From contig NW_021834634.1 in the NCBI RefSeq assembly GCF_006345805.1, positions 1 to 62,844 on the forward strand: a stretch of 62,844 nt of DNA, read 5' to 3'. Origin of the DNA: Octopus sinensis (Eukaryota). Each line of letters starts with the position of its first letter. The first letter of the stretch is position 1. The notes below the pieces were generated by a model. The model did not search any database. It worked only from the letters and a program-made list of their open reading frames with translations, and was not told where the DNA came from. Shown here one piece after another: positions 39,314 to 53,563 of this stretch. Position numbers and translations under genes: made by a program.

Positions 39314-39681
39314 TGTAAATGAAATAATATTAGAAAACTTACTACTAGACGTTGTTACCGCCGGTAGTTCATCATGATGATATTAGGTTCAGCCTCGCCA
39401 TGTCGTCCACCGTCGTGTCTGCTACAACCCAAGGCTTTCTGACTGCTGACGGTCGCATGTGTTGATTCTATACCGATCGAGAGGCTCAGGAAGAAAGACA
39501 TTAAAGTTGATATTAGTCGCAGGAGCCCTATTCCACGTGAAGTCGTGATTGGCCAGATCCTGTCGATCACGTGAGCAAATCGCGATTGGTCAGATTCGAT
39601 CATGTGAACAACATTCCAGCGAATCGTGACATTCGGGTAATCGCTGAATATTATCACTAGATATAGATATCGAGTGTTACA
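39314..39681 (-). promoter_or_regulatory. CpG-rich island with tandem E-box/CCAAT modules (host promoter or solo LTR)
   Basis: CCACGTGA 39533, ATTGG 39548, TCACGTGA 39567, ATTGG 39585, TCATGTGA 39600. Minus-strand GTAAGT donor at 39342. Termini TGTAA...TTACA without a TSD. Confidence 0.5.
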
Positions 39682-39684
39682 CTA

Positions 39685-39745
39685 ATACACCTGCTTGTTG
39701 TTCCTATACCTGTCTTCATCTTTTGTTTTCTGTAAATTTGAACTA
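39685..39745 (+). mobile_element. Penelope pLTR 3' fragment
   Basis: actaatacacctgcttgttgttcctatacctgtcttcatc...ttttctgtaaatttgaa is nearly identical to 38348-38410. Confidence 0.8.
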
Positions 39746-40247
39746 AACATATATATATATTCGTGTATGCATTGTATTATGTGTATATGTACGTACACGC
39801 CCATATATATAAATGCTTGGATGTATGCAATAGTGTCGGCCAAATAATTTACTATGGCCCACTTTTCCCACTAATAGATATTAGATATAAAATTTAATTC
39901 TTAAAATCAATCTTTTTAAAATTACTTTTCAACATTTCGCGAAACAGCTGCGATTATCGCTAGGTTTTTGTTTTCTATCGTCAAGTAAAATTTCAAATTT
40001 CATTAAAAAAACTTTAGAGTTCGACAACCAGAATTTCAATACCTACTGAATATATTTTATAAACTCCATGTCCTTATTTGAGCTATTTCTCTTAGCTCCA
40101 TCTTGTCGAATATATTGCAAATTTCCGTTGATCTTCGTAATCAAAAATATTTTCGCATACGCCATTCAGTACAGCAGCATCTACATTTATTTCGTAATGT
40201 AGCCTAACTTCGACCAAACTTCATTCATTCCGTTGTTCGATATAGTA

Positions 40248-40659
40248 CTCTTTTACTCTTTTACTTGTTTCAGTCATTTGACTGCGGCCATGCTGGAGCA
40301 CCGCCTTTAGTCGAGCAATCGACCCCGGGACTTATTCTTTGTAAGCCCAGTACTTATTCTATCAGTCTCTTGTGCCGAACAGCTAAGTGACGGGGACGTA
40401 AACACACCAGCATCGGTTGTCAAGCAATGCTAGGGGGACAAACACAGACACATAAACACACACATACATACATATATATATATATATACACATATACGAC
40501 AGGCTTCTTTCTGTTTCCGTCTACCAAATCCACTCACAAGGCATTGGTCGGCCCGGGGCTATAGCAGAAGACACTTGCCCAAGATGCCACACAGTGGGAC
40601 TGAACCCGGAAGCATGTGGTTGGTTAGCAAGCTACTTACCACACAACCACTCCTGCGCC
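40248..40659 (-). mobile_element. SINE family B, full length
   Basis: Complete head (ggcgcaggagtgg) and tail. TSD tagta (40243-40247 and 40660-40664). Confidence 0.93.
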
Positions 40660-41561
40660 TAGTAATATACAAACATAACTATACAGGTATATTTGATTAA
40701 AAGCATACAGAAGACCAATGAATAACTTCCTGTCTGGCAGCAAGATTAAAAATGGGCTCAGTGAACAAGCTGTGTTCTCGTAAAGGATTATATGTGATTT
40801 TGTTTTCATTAATGTTTACAACATCCAACTATGTATACGATAGCAGATGTAAACTGAGAAGACAGCCGATTTTTTCCTGCCATTGATAAAGAATATTCAA
40901 GTATTATATAACCCAGTCAGGATTTCAATTATATCGAACTGAGTACGTTAGTTAGTCTATTTGTCCTTTAGACATTAATTTAACAATACATGAACTAGAA
41001 GGATTGAAACCCATACATTTCTAAAAAAAAAAAAACCATACATTTCTAATTTTATTAACGAGGCGTTTCTATGCCAAATGTAAAATTAAGCTATATACTA
41101 TGGTAATTGCATAATTCCTGACGATTATAAAATCAACCGGATATACTATGTAATCAGTTGGGGAAGGAAATCGAGGATTTCTCCTCTAAAAATCGTGATT
41201 TTTCCTTTTTCAACACATCTAAATTTTGGAAGGACGGTGTTTACATTTCTGCTTACATTTCCTTTAAGAATTCAATCAAATTTCCATTTGGGTTCTTCAC
41301 AGTTTATTGTTATTCCCTTAGTCTCACTTTACGCCAAATTTCTCTTCATGGCCTCCTTTTCAGATAGTTTAATAAAATTTTATTTAACAATAAGAAAATT
41401 GTAATATCGCGACAGATTGCTTCGTAACTTAAAAAGCACGTAAATAATTTATATTATTATATTCAATAATGAACAATTACTTACATGCCTGCATTAATGC
41501 AAAATGCAAAATGCAAAAATTCCTTCAAAATAATGCGAAATTTAAGCCATGTCCACAGATG

Positions 41562-41635
<74 letters not shown>

Positions 41636-41644
41636 TAGATATAC

Positions 41645-41723
<79 letters not shown>

Positions 41724-41949
41724 ATATATATGTATATGTGTATATATATATATATACACATAGAGAGAAAGAGAGAGCGTACATGTGTACGCGAGGTACA
41801 TTCAAGATTAACGTCAAGATACACGTCTAATAACTTGATATTTCAACAGTATATTCGATTCTGAAGGAGACTGCTGTTACAGCACTTTGAACACACATTA
41901 CTAAACATTGCTTGTCACACTGGTTAGTGTGCAGAATACAGTTGGGACG

Positions 41950-42830
41950 TGAAGACAATTAGGACCTCGCTATGTAATAAAGTTTTCTGTTAAACTTGGC
42001 AAAAAAAAACACTACAGAAACTTATGAAATGCTCTAACCTGCTTATGGACTAACTTGTTTGATCGGAGCTTCAGTTTTTCGCTGGCGCAAGTGGTCAAGG
42101 ATGGTAGAGAGGAATGAAGAGACGGTGAGAAGTGAGTGGGGAGAGGAGTATCAGAACATCAGACCTGCTTGAGAAAATTCATAATTTTCTGGATGAAGAG
42201 CGCTGTGTGTCTATAAAGACAGTAAACATACTATTTAGAATTGGTGTGGCACCTGTGAACAGAATTATTCATGAAGACCTGCACTTGCAAAATATTTGTG
42301 CAAATAGCAAGGAAATCGCTGGTCTCATTATATCCAATCCAAAAGTACTTGAAACTCTGGTAACCTGCAATGAAAGCAGAGACTAAGAGAAAAATGTTAA
42401 TGAAAGCATTCAGGGTCCACCTGACCCAGGGAGGCCAGGCAAAGCAAATCCATTGATTGACCTATGATGATGCCCTTTTTCGACAACAAGTACATCATCT
42501 ACATTCATCGGGTTCCCTTTGGCAAAACGGTCAACAAAGAGCACTTTGTAGAGGTTTCCGTGTGGAGTTCAGTAAGAAATTTCGTTGCAAAAAGCCAGAA
42601 CTCTTCAATCAGGTCGGTGGCACCTGTCCCCGAACAGTTCACCATTCCACAATTCCATCCTGGCAGCCAGCTACTTGACAGAAATGAGCATCAAAGTTGT
42701 TCCTTACTTTGCTTCCTGTAACTTTCAGTTGTTCCCTAAGATGATGGAGAATTTCAGGAGTAGTCGTTTTGAAGATAGTGAGATGAAAGAAGCCGTAAAA
42801 AGGGTCTTGGAGACCTTCACTTTGGACATG
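41950..42830 (+). pseudogene. Degenerate mariner transposase
   Basis: RYVIKFSVKLGKK.TETYEML; EERCVSIKTV; IIHEDLHL; LETLVTCNES; HRVPFGKTVNKEHFVEV; NFQLFPKMMENFRSSRFED. Many frameshifts. Confidence 0.85.
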
Positions 42831-43455
42831 GCTGTAAGAGATCTACACCTGCAACTAAATTACAAAAACAGAAAATATAGACCTGCTTTTATAGAGGGTC
42901 AAATGGAATGTTAAGCATTTATAGTAGAAGAAATAAGCAATTTACAAATAAAAATATTTCAAATGTTGAAATATATTATAGTATGGAAATATAAGAGAGA
43001 CATCGAAAATAATTTGTGCGCAGTAGGGCATTCTGCTCTGTACTGAATTACATTACAATGCGACAACTGTATTCGAATACATATGTAAAATATATACGTA
43101 CACACACACACAAATATGTGCGTACATGTAAGCATAAGAAAGATATATGTATGTATGTATATATATATATACACATACATGCATACATATATACATTAAA
43201 CTCATTTATACATGTATACATACACGCATGCAAACATATATGGATACATTCATGCATACATACACACTTACATCCAACATACACATGCATACATACACAC
43301 ATGCATGCATACATACATACATACATACATACATACATACATACATACATACATACATACATACATACATACACACATATGCATGCATACATACACACAC
43401 ATGCATGCATGCATAAATACATACGTACATACATACATACATACATACATACATA

Positions 43456-44510
43456 CTATGTAGACTCCGGAAAAGATGGAACTCGTGAGCTTTCTGCATT
43501 TAACAAGACCATATCCCACAATGTTTTTACAGTACCAGTTCTAATATCAACATTTTGGATATTGGACTGGACACTCAATGAGATACGCAGCCTGGACATT
43601 AAAACCAGAAAGGTACTGACCACCACTGGCAACTTCCACATTACCAGCGACACCGATAGGATTTATGTAAGAGAAAGTGATGGCGGTAGAGGCCTAAGGT
43701 CAGTCCAAACCGTCTTTGTATGTCGCATTATATTATTCACACAGCACCTGTTGAACAGTAAAGAAAGAAATGAATACATTCTTTGCATACTGAAAAGTGA
43801 GAGCAACATCTTCACAGTTGGAGAACTATTGTACCGTTACTCTAAGAGTACAACTGTCTCGTGCCACCCAATGGAGGTTGGATTGGGTTACCTAAACAGA
43901 AGCAGGCATTATACCAGCAAAAATCAATGTATGGGTACATCATCCGTAAGCGAGAAGACAACAACAGCATTGACAGGAAGAGTATCCTCTCCCCGAACCT
44001 GCAATTGATACCTGATGAAGAAGAGTGACAAAAATACCATCAAAACTCCATGTCGTGATAAAAGGAAAAAAAAAACGTCGACTCTGCTATACCATTATGG
44101 AAGATAACATCCACATCAGCAGCAACTGTCCTAAAATGTGTACGAGATATTATCTGCCCCCCCACCCCGAGGTATGATATAGTTGCAAAGACTATTTATA
44201 ATATTATCCGCAAGAAGAATTGCCAAACCATATACAGCAGAGGCATGTCAGAACCACTACCATATTCGCACCTTTAAAAACAAGGAATACTGGTGGAACA
44301 CTCCAAGATAAACATGAATTTGGTGCAAACATAACACACCTGATATTGTTTTGTGGTACATAGATAACAAAAGTCATGCACTGTTATATAGAACAGCAGT
44401 CCAGCGGATATGAATTTACAATAGAAAATCGAGGAAAAAGAGAACATTTACGGTGAATTAATGCGGAACTTACAGCTCTTGTACTCTGATTATGAATTCT
44501 CATTTAACAT
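43456..44510 (+). mobile_element. 5'-truncated R4/Dong-like (RLE-type) non-LTR retrotransposon, degenerate
   Basis: LDWTLNEIRSLDIKTRKVLT...HITSDTDRIYVRESDGGRGL; zinc finger CRLC....ED..HISSNCP; EYWWNT; HNTPDIVLW. The 5' end abuts (ACAT)n. Confidence 0.85.
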
Positions 44511-44922
44511 ATTCAAGCACACACTTCATGCACACACCCACAGCCACATAACATGGGTTATCAATTTTAACACAGGTTATCAAATTTAACACGGGTATCA
44601 ATTTTATTTACAAAGATTTGGTTCACCCGAGGCTGTAGAAGTTATGCAAGATGTCATGCAACAGCATACATGTTAAATCACACATACATGTTAACGCTTA
44701 TAAATTTGTTCCCGATGAGATTTAAATTAAAAGCGCTACGAAATGAATTTTAAAAAAAAACGGATATTATTCTACCCGACTCTCAAGAAACTCTGCCAAT
44801 AAAAGTGGTTAGAATATCAATGTAAAACTACTCCGTTTCCTTCGGTGAAACGTTATTTAGTTTGATAAGTGCCAACGCACGAAACCCTCGAACTTTAAGT
44901 CACTCTGTTAATTCTGCTAATA

Positions 44923-45037
<115 letters not shown>

Positions 45038-45790
45038 GTATGTATGTATGTATGTATGTATGTATGTATGTATGTATTTATGTCATTGTTCAGTTTTATT
45101 TCAATATTTCTTGCCAATAGAGAAAGAGCCGGTTCCTAACCTAGATCCAAAGTTTCTTCATTGGAATCTCAACGCCAACAACAGGGTATATATGTTTGTA
45201 TGTATGTATGCATGTATGTATGTATATATGTATGTTTGAATGTACTTACTTATGTATGTATGTATGTATGTATGTATGTATGTATGTATTTATGTATGTA
45301 TGTGTGAGTGTGTGCGTACATATGAATATAGTGAAATACATTAAGGGTTTACAGAGCCTCTACTAAACAGGTTGAATATTGAAATATAATCAAAATAGAA
45401 ATAAATTTCTTACTTTTACAATATATTTCAATAATTGGGAGAAAAAATATTTACCAAGAGGAAATGGAAAATAAGATTCACTCTGAACTGCGCAGGAATG
45501 AGATGACATACGACATGGCGTTGCTAAATTGATTAATCAGCGTCTTGCTGTTTTTGTCTGTTATTGATTGGAAATTTTCATTTTTTTTTTCATAAAAATG
45601 GACTCGTTAATCCTCAGGCTTCCATTCTTTTCTTTTGATGATGACCGAGATATTCTTGTATTGGCATCTTAACAGATATTTTCTAAGAGAATATTCATTT
45701 GTCTGAAAGTGTTCTTTAATGTAGACGTGCAGTTTCTGAATGGTGCTTCCGATGTTAAAACTATAACACGTGAATTATATGTAGCATTTA

Positions 45791-46985
45791 CGAGATGCGT
45801 TCAAAAAGTATCTTATCTTCGGGCTTAAACAAAATTGCATAATTCACAAATTTTTCTTGATCGCCTTTAAAATACGCCCTTTGGAAGTTCACACACTTCC
45901 TCCAGCAGTTCTGTCACTGCTGGTAACACCTCTGGAATGCCTTTTCTGAAATGCTATGGAGCTCTGCCATCGTTTTTCTCATAATTTCCTCTCACGGCTC
46001 AAATCACTTCCCTTTCAACATGGTTTTCGGTTTAGGGAAGAGCCAGAAGTTTCACAGTGCCAAGTTTGGATGAGAGTAGGAAGCCTGCCACGCAAGCGGT
46101 GTGTTGTTCTTGGCCATAAAAGCTAGGACTAAGTATATGGAATGAGAGGGCGCATTGTCTTACTGAAGTTGCCAATTCTTCGCTGCCACCTTGTACGCCT
46201 GCTTTCGACGCATAGTATCACGAAGGTGATGTATAAACCCTAGATAGTATTCTTTATTGATTGTTTCGCATTGTGGTGCGTATTCATGATGCACAATACC
46301 ACGGAATCAAAGAAACAGGTCAACACTACCTTTACATTACTACGAACTTGACATGTTATTTTACACTTTGTTAATGAGGGATGCTTCCATTGGAAGGACT
46401 GGATTTCACGATCGTAAGCATAGACTCTTTTCACATCACCAGTAATGATGGTCTTCCTGAAGTCTGGTTCTTGGTTTGCATAGTCCAGTATGTCCTGAGC
46501 GACGATTTCCATTCCAAGTTTCTTCTGCTGTTCCGCCAGCAACTTGGGGGAAAATATCGCCGACATTTTGCGTATACAACTCCTCCGTTAAAATGGAATG
46601 CACTTATTCCTACTTCGTGAGCAATTTCTTGGATTGTTACACGACGATCTTCCATAACTATTCGCCGAACCATCTCAATCGACTTCACGTATTGACTTGC
46701 TCTCTACTAATGTTACCGTGCTCTCTACTGAGGTGCGGCCATCTTAATGCAATATCTCTGCTCGATGCGTTTGGTCATCTTGCGTGAAAACGAAAATCTG
46801 ACGCCTGTGCGCAATACGTTTGTACTCTAGGCGTAACAACCCAGAGCTGCGACCGCCCGCCGGCGCGAAAATTTTCTGGCATGCGCAGGAGTGGCGATGT
46901 CACCTTCCACACAAAGGATTTTGCGAACATAGCATTAGTTTTGGCGGAAAAAAATAAAATCGAATACTTTTTGTATACAACACGT
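45791..46985 (-). mobile_element. Near full-length degenerate mariner element (about 1.2 kb)
   Basis: EDRRVTIQEIAHEVGIS; FRKTIITGD; VRSNVKVVLTCFFD; DNAPSH; NFWLFPK; YFKGD. Decayed TIRs containing caaaaagtat, with TA at 45789-45790 and 46986-46987. Confidence 0.9.
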
Positions 46986-47694
46986 TAGCTTTTAAACACT
47001 TATTGCTGATCGGCCGTATGCATACATTGTTACCATGGATGAACCGATTCCTAGGTCGGAATATTTTAAATAAAAAAAGAAAACCAAGTGGGTCAGCTCT
47101 ATGCTTTGTCCATCTTTACGAATCTCTTGTTACACTACGAGTTGTCATCCGACAGTCTTGATCAAGCTGCAAATGTCAGTGTTGTAATTTGTTGAGATAA
47201 ATTTTGAGTTCGTTAAAACGTATGTAACACTTCAGTTTCTTGTATATGTTTAAGTATGTGAGACGGAAGAATGTGATCTGAGGAACATTTGGGTGTTATT
47301 TTAAGCTATCATATAAATAAATCCTTGTCATCAATAAGATATACCTGGAGTAACTCAAAACTAGCTCAACAAATTACAGCACAGTACTTGCAGCTTGATC
47401 AAAACAGGAGGATGGCAACTGGTAATCTAACAAAACTAAAAGGATATTCAATCTGAACTTTCACTCCAGTTTACGTTACTGAAGAGAATCAACAACTAAC
47501 TACCTTTCCCATTTGTATTAGTGGAAAGGATAGATAGAGAGACAAAAAAAATCAATGTTACTTAAACCTGCTGTCACTGAACTTTAAGTTTCACTTTCAA
47601 TGTTTTGTTAAAAATAAGGATTGTCAAATGGTCACATCTAGTAATTTGTGCTAAAGTACAAAGAAGAAATGAGTTCACTGAAAAATATTTTCAG

Positions 47695-47980
47695 TTGTGT
47701 GGCGAGAAGCTTGCTTCCCAACCACATGGTTTCGGGTTCAGTCTAACGGCATGACACCTCGGGCAGTTATGTTCTGCTTTAGCCTCGGGCCGACCAAAGC
47801 TTTGTCAGTGAATTTGGTAGTCAGAAACTGAAAGAAGCTCGTCCTACATGTGTGTCTGTGTGTGTTTGTGTGCGTGCGTCCTACATGTGTGTCTGTTTTG
47901 TGTTTGTCCCCTACACTCCTTGACAACTGATGTTGGTGTGTTTACGCCGCCTTACATTAGCAATTCAACAAAAGACTAGT
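47695..47980 (+). mobile_element. SINE family B, old degenerate copy
   Basis: aaccacatggtttcgggttcagtc...gcctcgggccgaccaaagc...gaatttggtagtcagaaactgaaagaagc. Confidence 0.8.
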
Positions 47981-49009
47981 CTCATTTCATCCTCCTCAGA
48001 ATGTCGGTCCTTTAAATAACCCTTCTCATCTATATTTTTCTTTCTTTTTTTGTGGCTGTTGACTTGTAAATATTCAAATGGAATGTTAATCAAGTTGATC
48101 TCTTTCTCAGAGATATCTCGGAGAACGTGGAGAACAAAGTCATTTCTCCCAGACAAAAACTATTAAATCGACTGTTTTTTTAAATCTTCGGCTTTATTCT
48201 GTCTGTACCCTAAGACAGAATCTTAAGTCACAGTCTTAGATAATTCAAAGAATCTGCAAGACATATAACATGGGAACTTATGTGTGTGTGCTGGTGTGTG
48301 TTGGTGTGTACTCGCATGTGTCTGTCCGTGTATATATATGTATGTGTGTAAATATACACACATACATCCATACATATATATATGTGTGCGCGTGAATATG
48401 TGTGTGTGTGTATGTATATGTATACATTACATCAATAATAAATTTAAGCTCTTTACTTAACACAGAATGAAATGTCTTGGTGAAACTATTGATGAAAAGA
48501 TGGGGATTATGTTGCTTAGAGTATTGATCCTTTGTAAAAGATGTGCAGAATAATTTCCACCTTATTTCATGGGGAAAACAACGAGGTGATTTCTATATAG
48601 AGAGAGCTCTCGAAAAAATGGCCGACAGGTTGAGCCATTGTTGTTTGAGCTGTTGTTGTGTGATAATATTATTGTTGTTACCTTGTTGACTTACCTTCCC
48701 GTACCCATTGTTGTATGTCCCATTTCTTATCCCTTGTTCTTTTCTGTTTTTTAGCTGCTGCTGCTGTTAAACCGTCATCAACATCGACACCGACACCAAA
48801 CTACTGCACCACCTCCTCCATGAAAAGCATATATGCACTCCCCAAATCAATAACCCCACCCCACCAGTATCAACAATACTACAAACTGCTACCACGAACT
48901 TCGAAACACACACCGTCACGACCATCGGACTCGCTAACACTTCTATGAACACCACCACTATCATATGCACTACAACAAACCCATCACTACAATAACAACG
49001 GCAGTAGCC

Positions 49010-49011
49010 AT

Positions 49012-49042
<31 letters not shown>

Positions 49043-49052
49043 TCTTCTTCTT

Positions 49053-49087
<35 letters not shown>

Positions 49088-49098
49088 TCTACTACTAT

Positions 49099-49143
<45 letters not shown>

Positions 49144-49152
49144 TACTACTAC

Positions 49153-49183
<31 letters not shown>

Positions 49184-49355
49184 ACTACTACTACTACTAC
49201 TTCTTCTTCTTCTTCTTCTTCTTCTCTACTACTACTACTACTACTACTTCTTCTTCTTCTTCTTCTTCTACTACTACTACTACTACTACTACTACTGCTA
49301 CTTCTGCTGTCCTTGTATACTTACCGCTACTATTTCTCTTTATTTATATCCTGCC

Positions 49356-49386
<31 letters not shown>

Positions 49387-49400
49387 TTGCTGCTGCTGTC
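49010..49400. repeat. Compound (ACT)/(CTT)/(GCT) microsatellite
   Basis: Seen directly. Confidence 0.95.
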
Positions 49401-50644
49401 TTGCCATCAGTATTGTTTTTTAGTATTGTTGTTGCAGTGGCCATTGTGTTTATTTTAGTTTCCGTTTTGTGAAACCCCATCTCCGCCCCTTGTTCAGGTC
49501 AGTCGCGGTGTTTATGTTTTCATGGCTATTATTCACCGTTGCTTCAGTCGACAAATTTCTTTGTGGAGCAATTGACCAATTGGATGGCAGACATTTCGCA
49601 GAAATACGATCCATGTTTGTAATTGACATTAACCAAGTTGTGTGTGAGTGTATGGGTGTGTGAATGTGTGTGTGTGTGTGAGTGTGTGGGTGTGTGGGTG
49701 TGTGGGTGTGTGTCTTTGTGTGTTTGTGTGTGTGTGTGTGCGCGCGCGCGCGTACGCGTATGTATTTACGTACATATGCGTGTGCATGTGCGCGCAGGTA
49801 TATGTGTGTGTACGTATGTATGAATGTATGTATGTATTTATATGTAAATATGAGTGTGTATATGTGTGTATATGTGTAAGCGTTTATCTGCATGTAAGTA
49901 CATATATATATATATATGTGTGTGTGTGCGTGTGTAAGTATGCGTACGCACACAAACACACACATACAACACCCACACACACACAACATACACACACACA
50001 ACACACACATACACACACACAAACACATATATATATATACTTACATATATATATACTTAATAAAAAAAAAGCAACCTACCCACTAAGTACTCATTTCACA
50101 ACAGCTACGTTATTGTATATCACTTATATCTTACCATCTTCTTACTTTAATTACATTAACAACAACAACAACAAAAACAATACGAATAACGTGAATACTA
50201 GCAAGAACAACAATATCAACGAGAGACAGATCTTCCCTAGATGGAATGATACGTTGGGTTCGTTAATCCTTCATACACAATACCAAAGCGGAGAACTGGA
50301 TAGTCATGACTGGAACGCTTTCGATCAATGGCTTGCTTAGTTAGAAGTGTCCTGGGACTGAAAGCAACAACAAAAATATGACACAAACGACTACAATCTG
50401 TTCCTTATTTTTCATGATAATTTTTCCTAGTCACATTTCTGTTCCCCCCCTCTCTCTCGCTGTATATATATATATATCTGTTCCCTCTCCCAACCCTTCC
50501 ACTTCCCCCTCCCTCTTTCGGTGTCTTACCATTGTAATACAGTTTTCTCTTCCTGTTATTTTGCATATAATTGCTATTCCTCTATATTTTTCATTCTTTT
50601 CCCCCTTATTATTTATTCATCACTCATTATTATTATTATTATTA

Positions 50645-50694
<50 letters not shown>

Positions 50695-50892
50695 GTTATT
50701 GTTGTTGTTGTTGTTTTTGTTATTGTTGTTGTCTTTGTTGTCATCTCATTATCATAAACTCACCTGCAATGTTCTCTATTCGTCACCCTTGTAGCAATAA
50801 AATAAATTATCATCATTTTCGTCTTCGTCTTCGTCTTCGTCGTCGCTGCTTTTGTTGTTACTTCTGCTGCTGCTGCTGCTGCTGCTAGTGCG

Positions 50893-51000
50893 ATGGATTG
50901 GCAGAATTGGTAGGGCATCGGAAAAATAAATATTTTGTGACATTTGTTCTGGTCCATGAGTTCAAATTCCGCTGAGGTTCAAATTCCTTCGAGGTCTTTA
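50893..51000 (+). mobile_element. SINE family C, degenerate head
   Basis: tggcagaattggtag...gagttcaaattccgctgaggt. Confidence 0.55.
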
Positions 51001-51179
51001 TAAAGCAACTGATCAGTCGAGTTAGTGGACCAAGTCTAAGCCGATGCCGGTAGAGTGAAGAGAAAGGATCGGAGAGCCGCGCCAACCTAGACTTCTTGGC
51101 AGCAACAATAACTACAACATCACCAACGTTGACTATAAATCTAACAACAACATTCTCAATAACATTGCGTGCCCATCAC

Positions 51180-51830
51180 TATCAGCTCGCTAGAAATGGA
51201 TGTGTTAACCATTTGTAAGATTAAGACATCTGGAAAATAGGTACTTGCGCTCATTTTCAATGATTACGAGATATACACGTCACGCAGCCTGTTGTGATCG
51301 GACAGCGGCAGACAGTATTATCCTATCCCGGAAATTCTTAGATCTCGGTGTACGAACAATGTTTTTGTACCCGTACAAAAGATCGGTGATCATAGACATC
51401 TTAGGCAGACACAGTAGGCTGGTGCTCGGTTACTAGAAGGTAGACATGCCCTTAACCCGTGCAAAGACTACATATACTGGTTTAGCGAATAAGTTATGCT
51501 CATACGCTAGAATGACGTCCTTTAGATAGATACTTACACAGGTCTGTGAGTCAAGAATCGATTGCAATGCTGAGAAAAGACCAGATCAGTGTGTACGGAA
51601 TTGTTTAAATAGGCCCCATACCCTCGCTACATGAAGATCTCAAGATTTTAACCAAAGCGAAGAGACGGTCAGTAAAGATACTGGCTTGGCTAAATCCATA
51701 ATCAACTTAGTTCATTATAAAGCTTTCGATAGAATCGATCATCAATTCTTAACAGTTTCCGGTTTCAGCCTCCAGTTCAAAGCGACATCTGCTCTATGGT
51801 TAAGGTGAATGACCGCCTATAAAAACATTC
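51180..51830 (+). mobile_element. Degenerate L1/Tx1-like ORF2 (APE endonuclease piece joined to RT piece)
   Basis: IILSRKFLDLGVRTMFLYP...VIIDI...RLV (APE-like); YKAFDRIDHQFL (KAFD motif); SDICSMVKVNDRL. Confidence 0.7.
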
Positions 51831-51929
51831 TGTGTTATTTGCACAGTCCATCAGGAATGTGCTCTTTCGTTTCTTCTATATGTATTGTGTCTATTCATTT
51901 TTTAAGCAAAAATAAGACGCACATTTTAA

Positions 51930-52700
51930 ACATGTTCAATCAATGATATAATTACCGTTTCTTTCCAGTATTTTCTGCCATCTTGTAGGCAGATCCATTA
52001 ATCTTTCTCAACGAATTTCCCGTCTTTACTAGTGAAAACCTTCCCCGGATAATTTTTTACATCCTCTTAAAAGTTGAAGGTGTGTCCATTCAATGAATTT
52101 TTAAGAGTCCGAAGCAGATGAAAATCTGGAGGCACAAGTTGCGGGAAAATTTCCCAATCAAGCCACAGTAATCTCTAATGCGTCAACAAAAAAGGGTGCG
52201 ATCTGCCATGGTCATAATAAAAGAAAATGTTCTTACGATTAGCAAGTGCTGGATGTTTCTAGGGGGTTGCTGTGTTGTCCAGCTGGTCACTATACACATC
52301 TGAATTGATGGTCATGTACGTGAGAAGAAGCTCTTAAAAGACACCCCCACCATGTTGAAAAGATAATTTTCTCCGAAAGGAGTCCATTTTTGGAGATTAT
52401 TTGTGGTGGTTCACCGTGCTTTCCCCATGACCGTTTGCACTTCACATTGTTATAGACGATCCATTTTATTTTGTTCCGTCACCATTTTCTTTGGACGATA
52501 CATTTTATTTTGTCCGCCTGTCACCATTTTCTTCACGTTTCAACCACGAATCGCAGATGGAAATCTGCTAGGTAACGTTAGCCTTATTCAATTGATGTGA
52601 AACCTAACATCGAGCTCGGTCATGCAAATGGTTTTCAACACTCGATTTGGATATTTGGGGGAATATTCTGCAATCATCCCGGCCGTATGACGGGATTGGT
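51930..52700 (-). pseudogene. Highly degenerate mariner transposase
   Basis: NSDVYSDQLD; FYYDHGRSHP (HDNARPH-like); LDWEIF...PPDFHLLRTLKNSLNGHTF. Confidence 0.65.
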
Positions 52701-52899
52701 GCCGCTGTTAATCCCAGTTGGCCTTACAGAACGTGGTGCATCTTGAAGCGAATAGTTTTCCAAATGAAATACAAAATACCTGTCTCATCGTAACTTTCCA
52801 TTGAATTACGTTGAAGTGTCAAGTATCAAACGAATCTGCAATCAGTTAAGATCAGAAGCCATGAGAGCCACTGCCTGGTACTGCGTCAGGGCATGTTGC

Positions 52900-52942
<43 letters not shown>

Positions 52943-52944
52943 GA

Positions 52945-53006
<62 letters not shown>

Positions 53007-53007
<1 letters not shown>

Positions 53008-53563
53008 AGAGTGAGAGAGCAGTGCATGCCATCAAAGTGACGCTGGGGTAAAATATACGAAGCCCAGCATACCCATCATGACTACCCATCTGATAAGGGT
53101 ACACCAGGCACATGCATCACAACCATATGTGCGCGACATGGTGATCTCATATCAAGATAAACAGCACATGACCTTGCAGGTGGGGCCCAGTTAGAATTTT
53201 CTTCAGGTCGAGTAGCCCATCCTGCTCAAAAGGTCCCTGAATAAGGGTTGCTTTAGGATGTTGAACAAGACACACATCTCCAGAAGTAACTTATTCAAAC
53301 TCCAAAGAATCCCTCTCAATACATGGCAATGATGCTCCCCCACTACTCCTGCTCGTGATCAGAGATGCACGTATCGTCAGCCACTAAGGGACATGCTCAA
53401 CTGGTTAAGGTCAAACAACTGACAAGCAAATCTGTGGTATTGAGCAGAATATTTGCTGTAGCCCATCTTTTATACCAAGACAAAACAATGTACATGATAA
53501 CACTTCCAGTCAGTTAAGATCAGAAGCCATGAGAGCCACTGCCTGGTACTGCATCAGTGCATT
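53007..53563 (-). mobile_element. Non-coding ~560-bp interspersed element embedded in (AAT)n, with an extra head copy at 52841-52894
   Basis: Flanked on both sides by (ATT)n. The 42 bp at 53511-53552 are identical to 52843-52884. No ORF or TIR, and no clear pol III boxes. Confidence 0.7.

Noticed and set aside
39533-39590. ER-stress element (CCAAT-N9-CCACG)
   Set aside because: Neither module matches the required spacing and sequence; retained only as a generic CCAAT/E-box composite.
43016-44008. Longest ORF (330 aa) as a host gene
   Set aside because: The first half is (ACAT)n microsatellite and the second half is an R4-like LINE fragment; the in-frame join is by chance.
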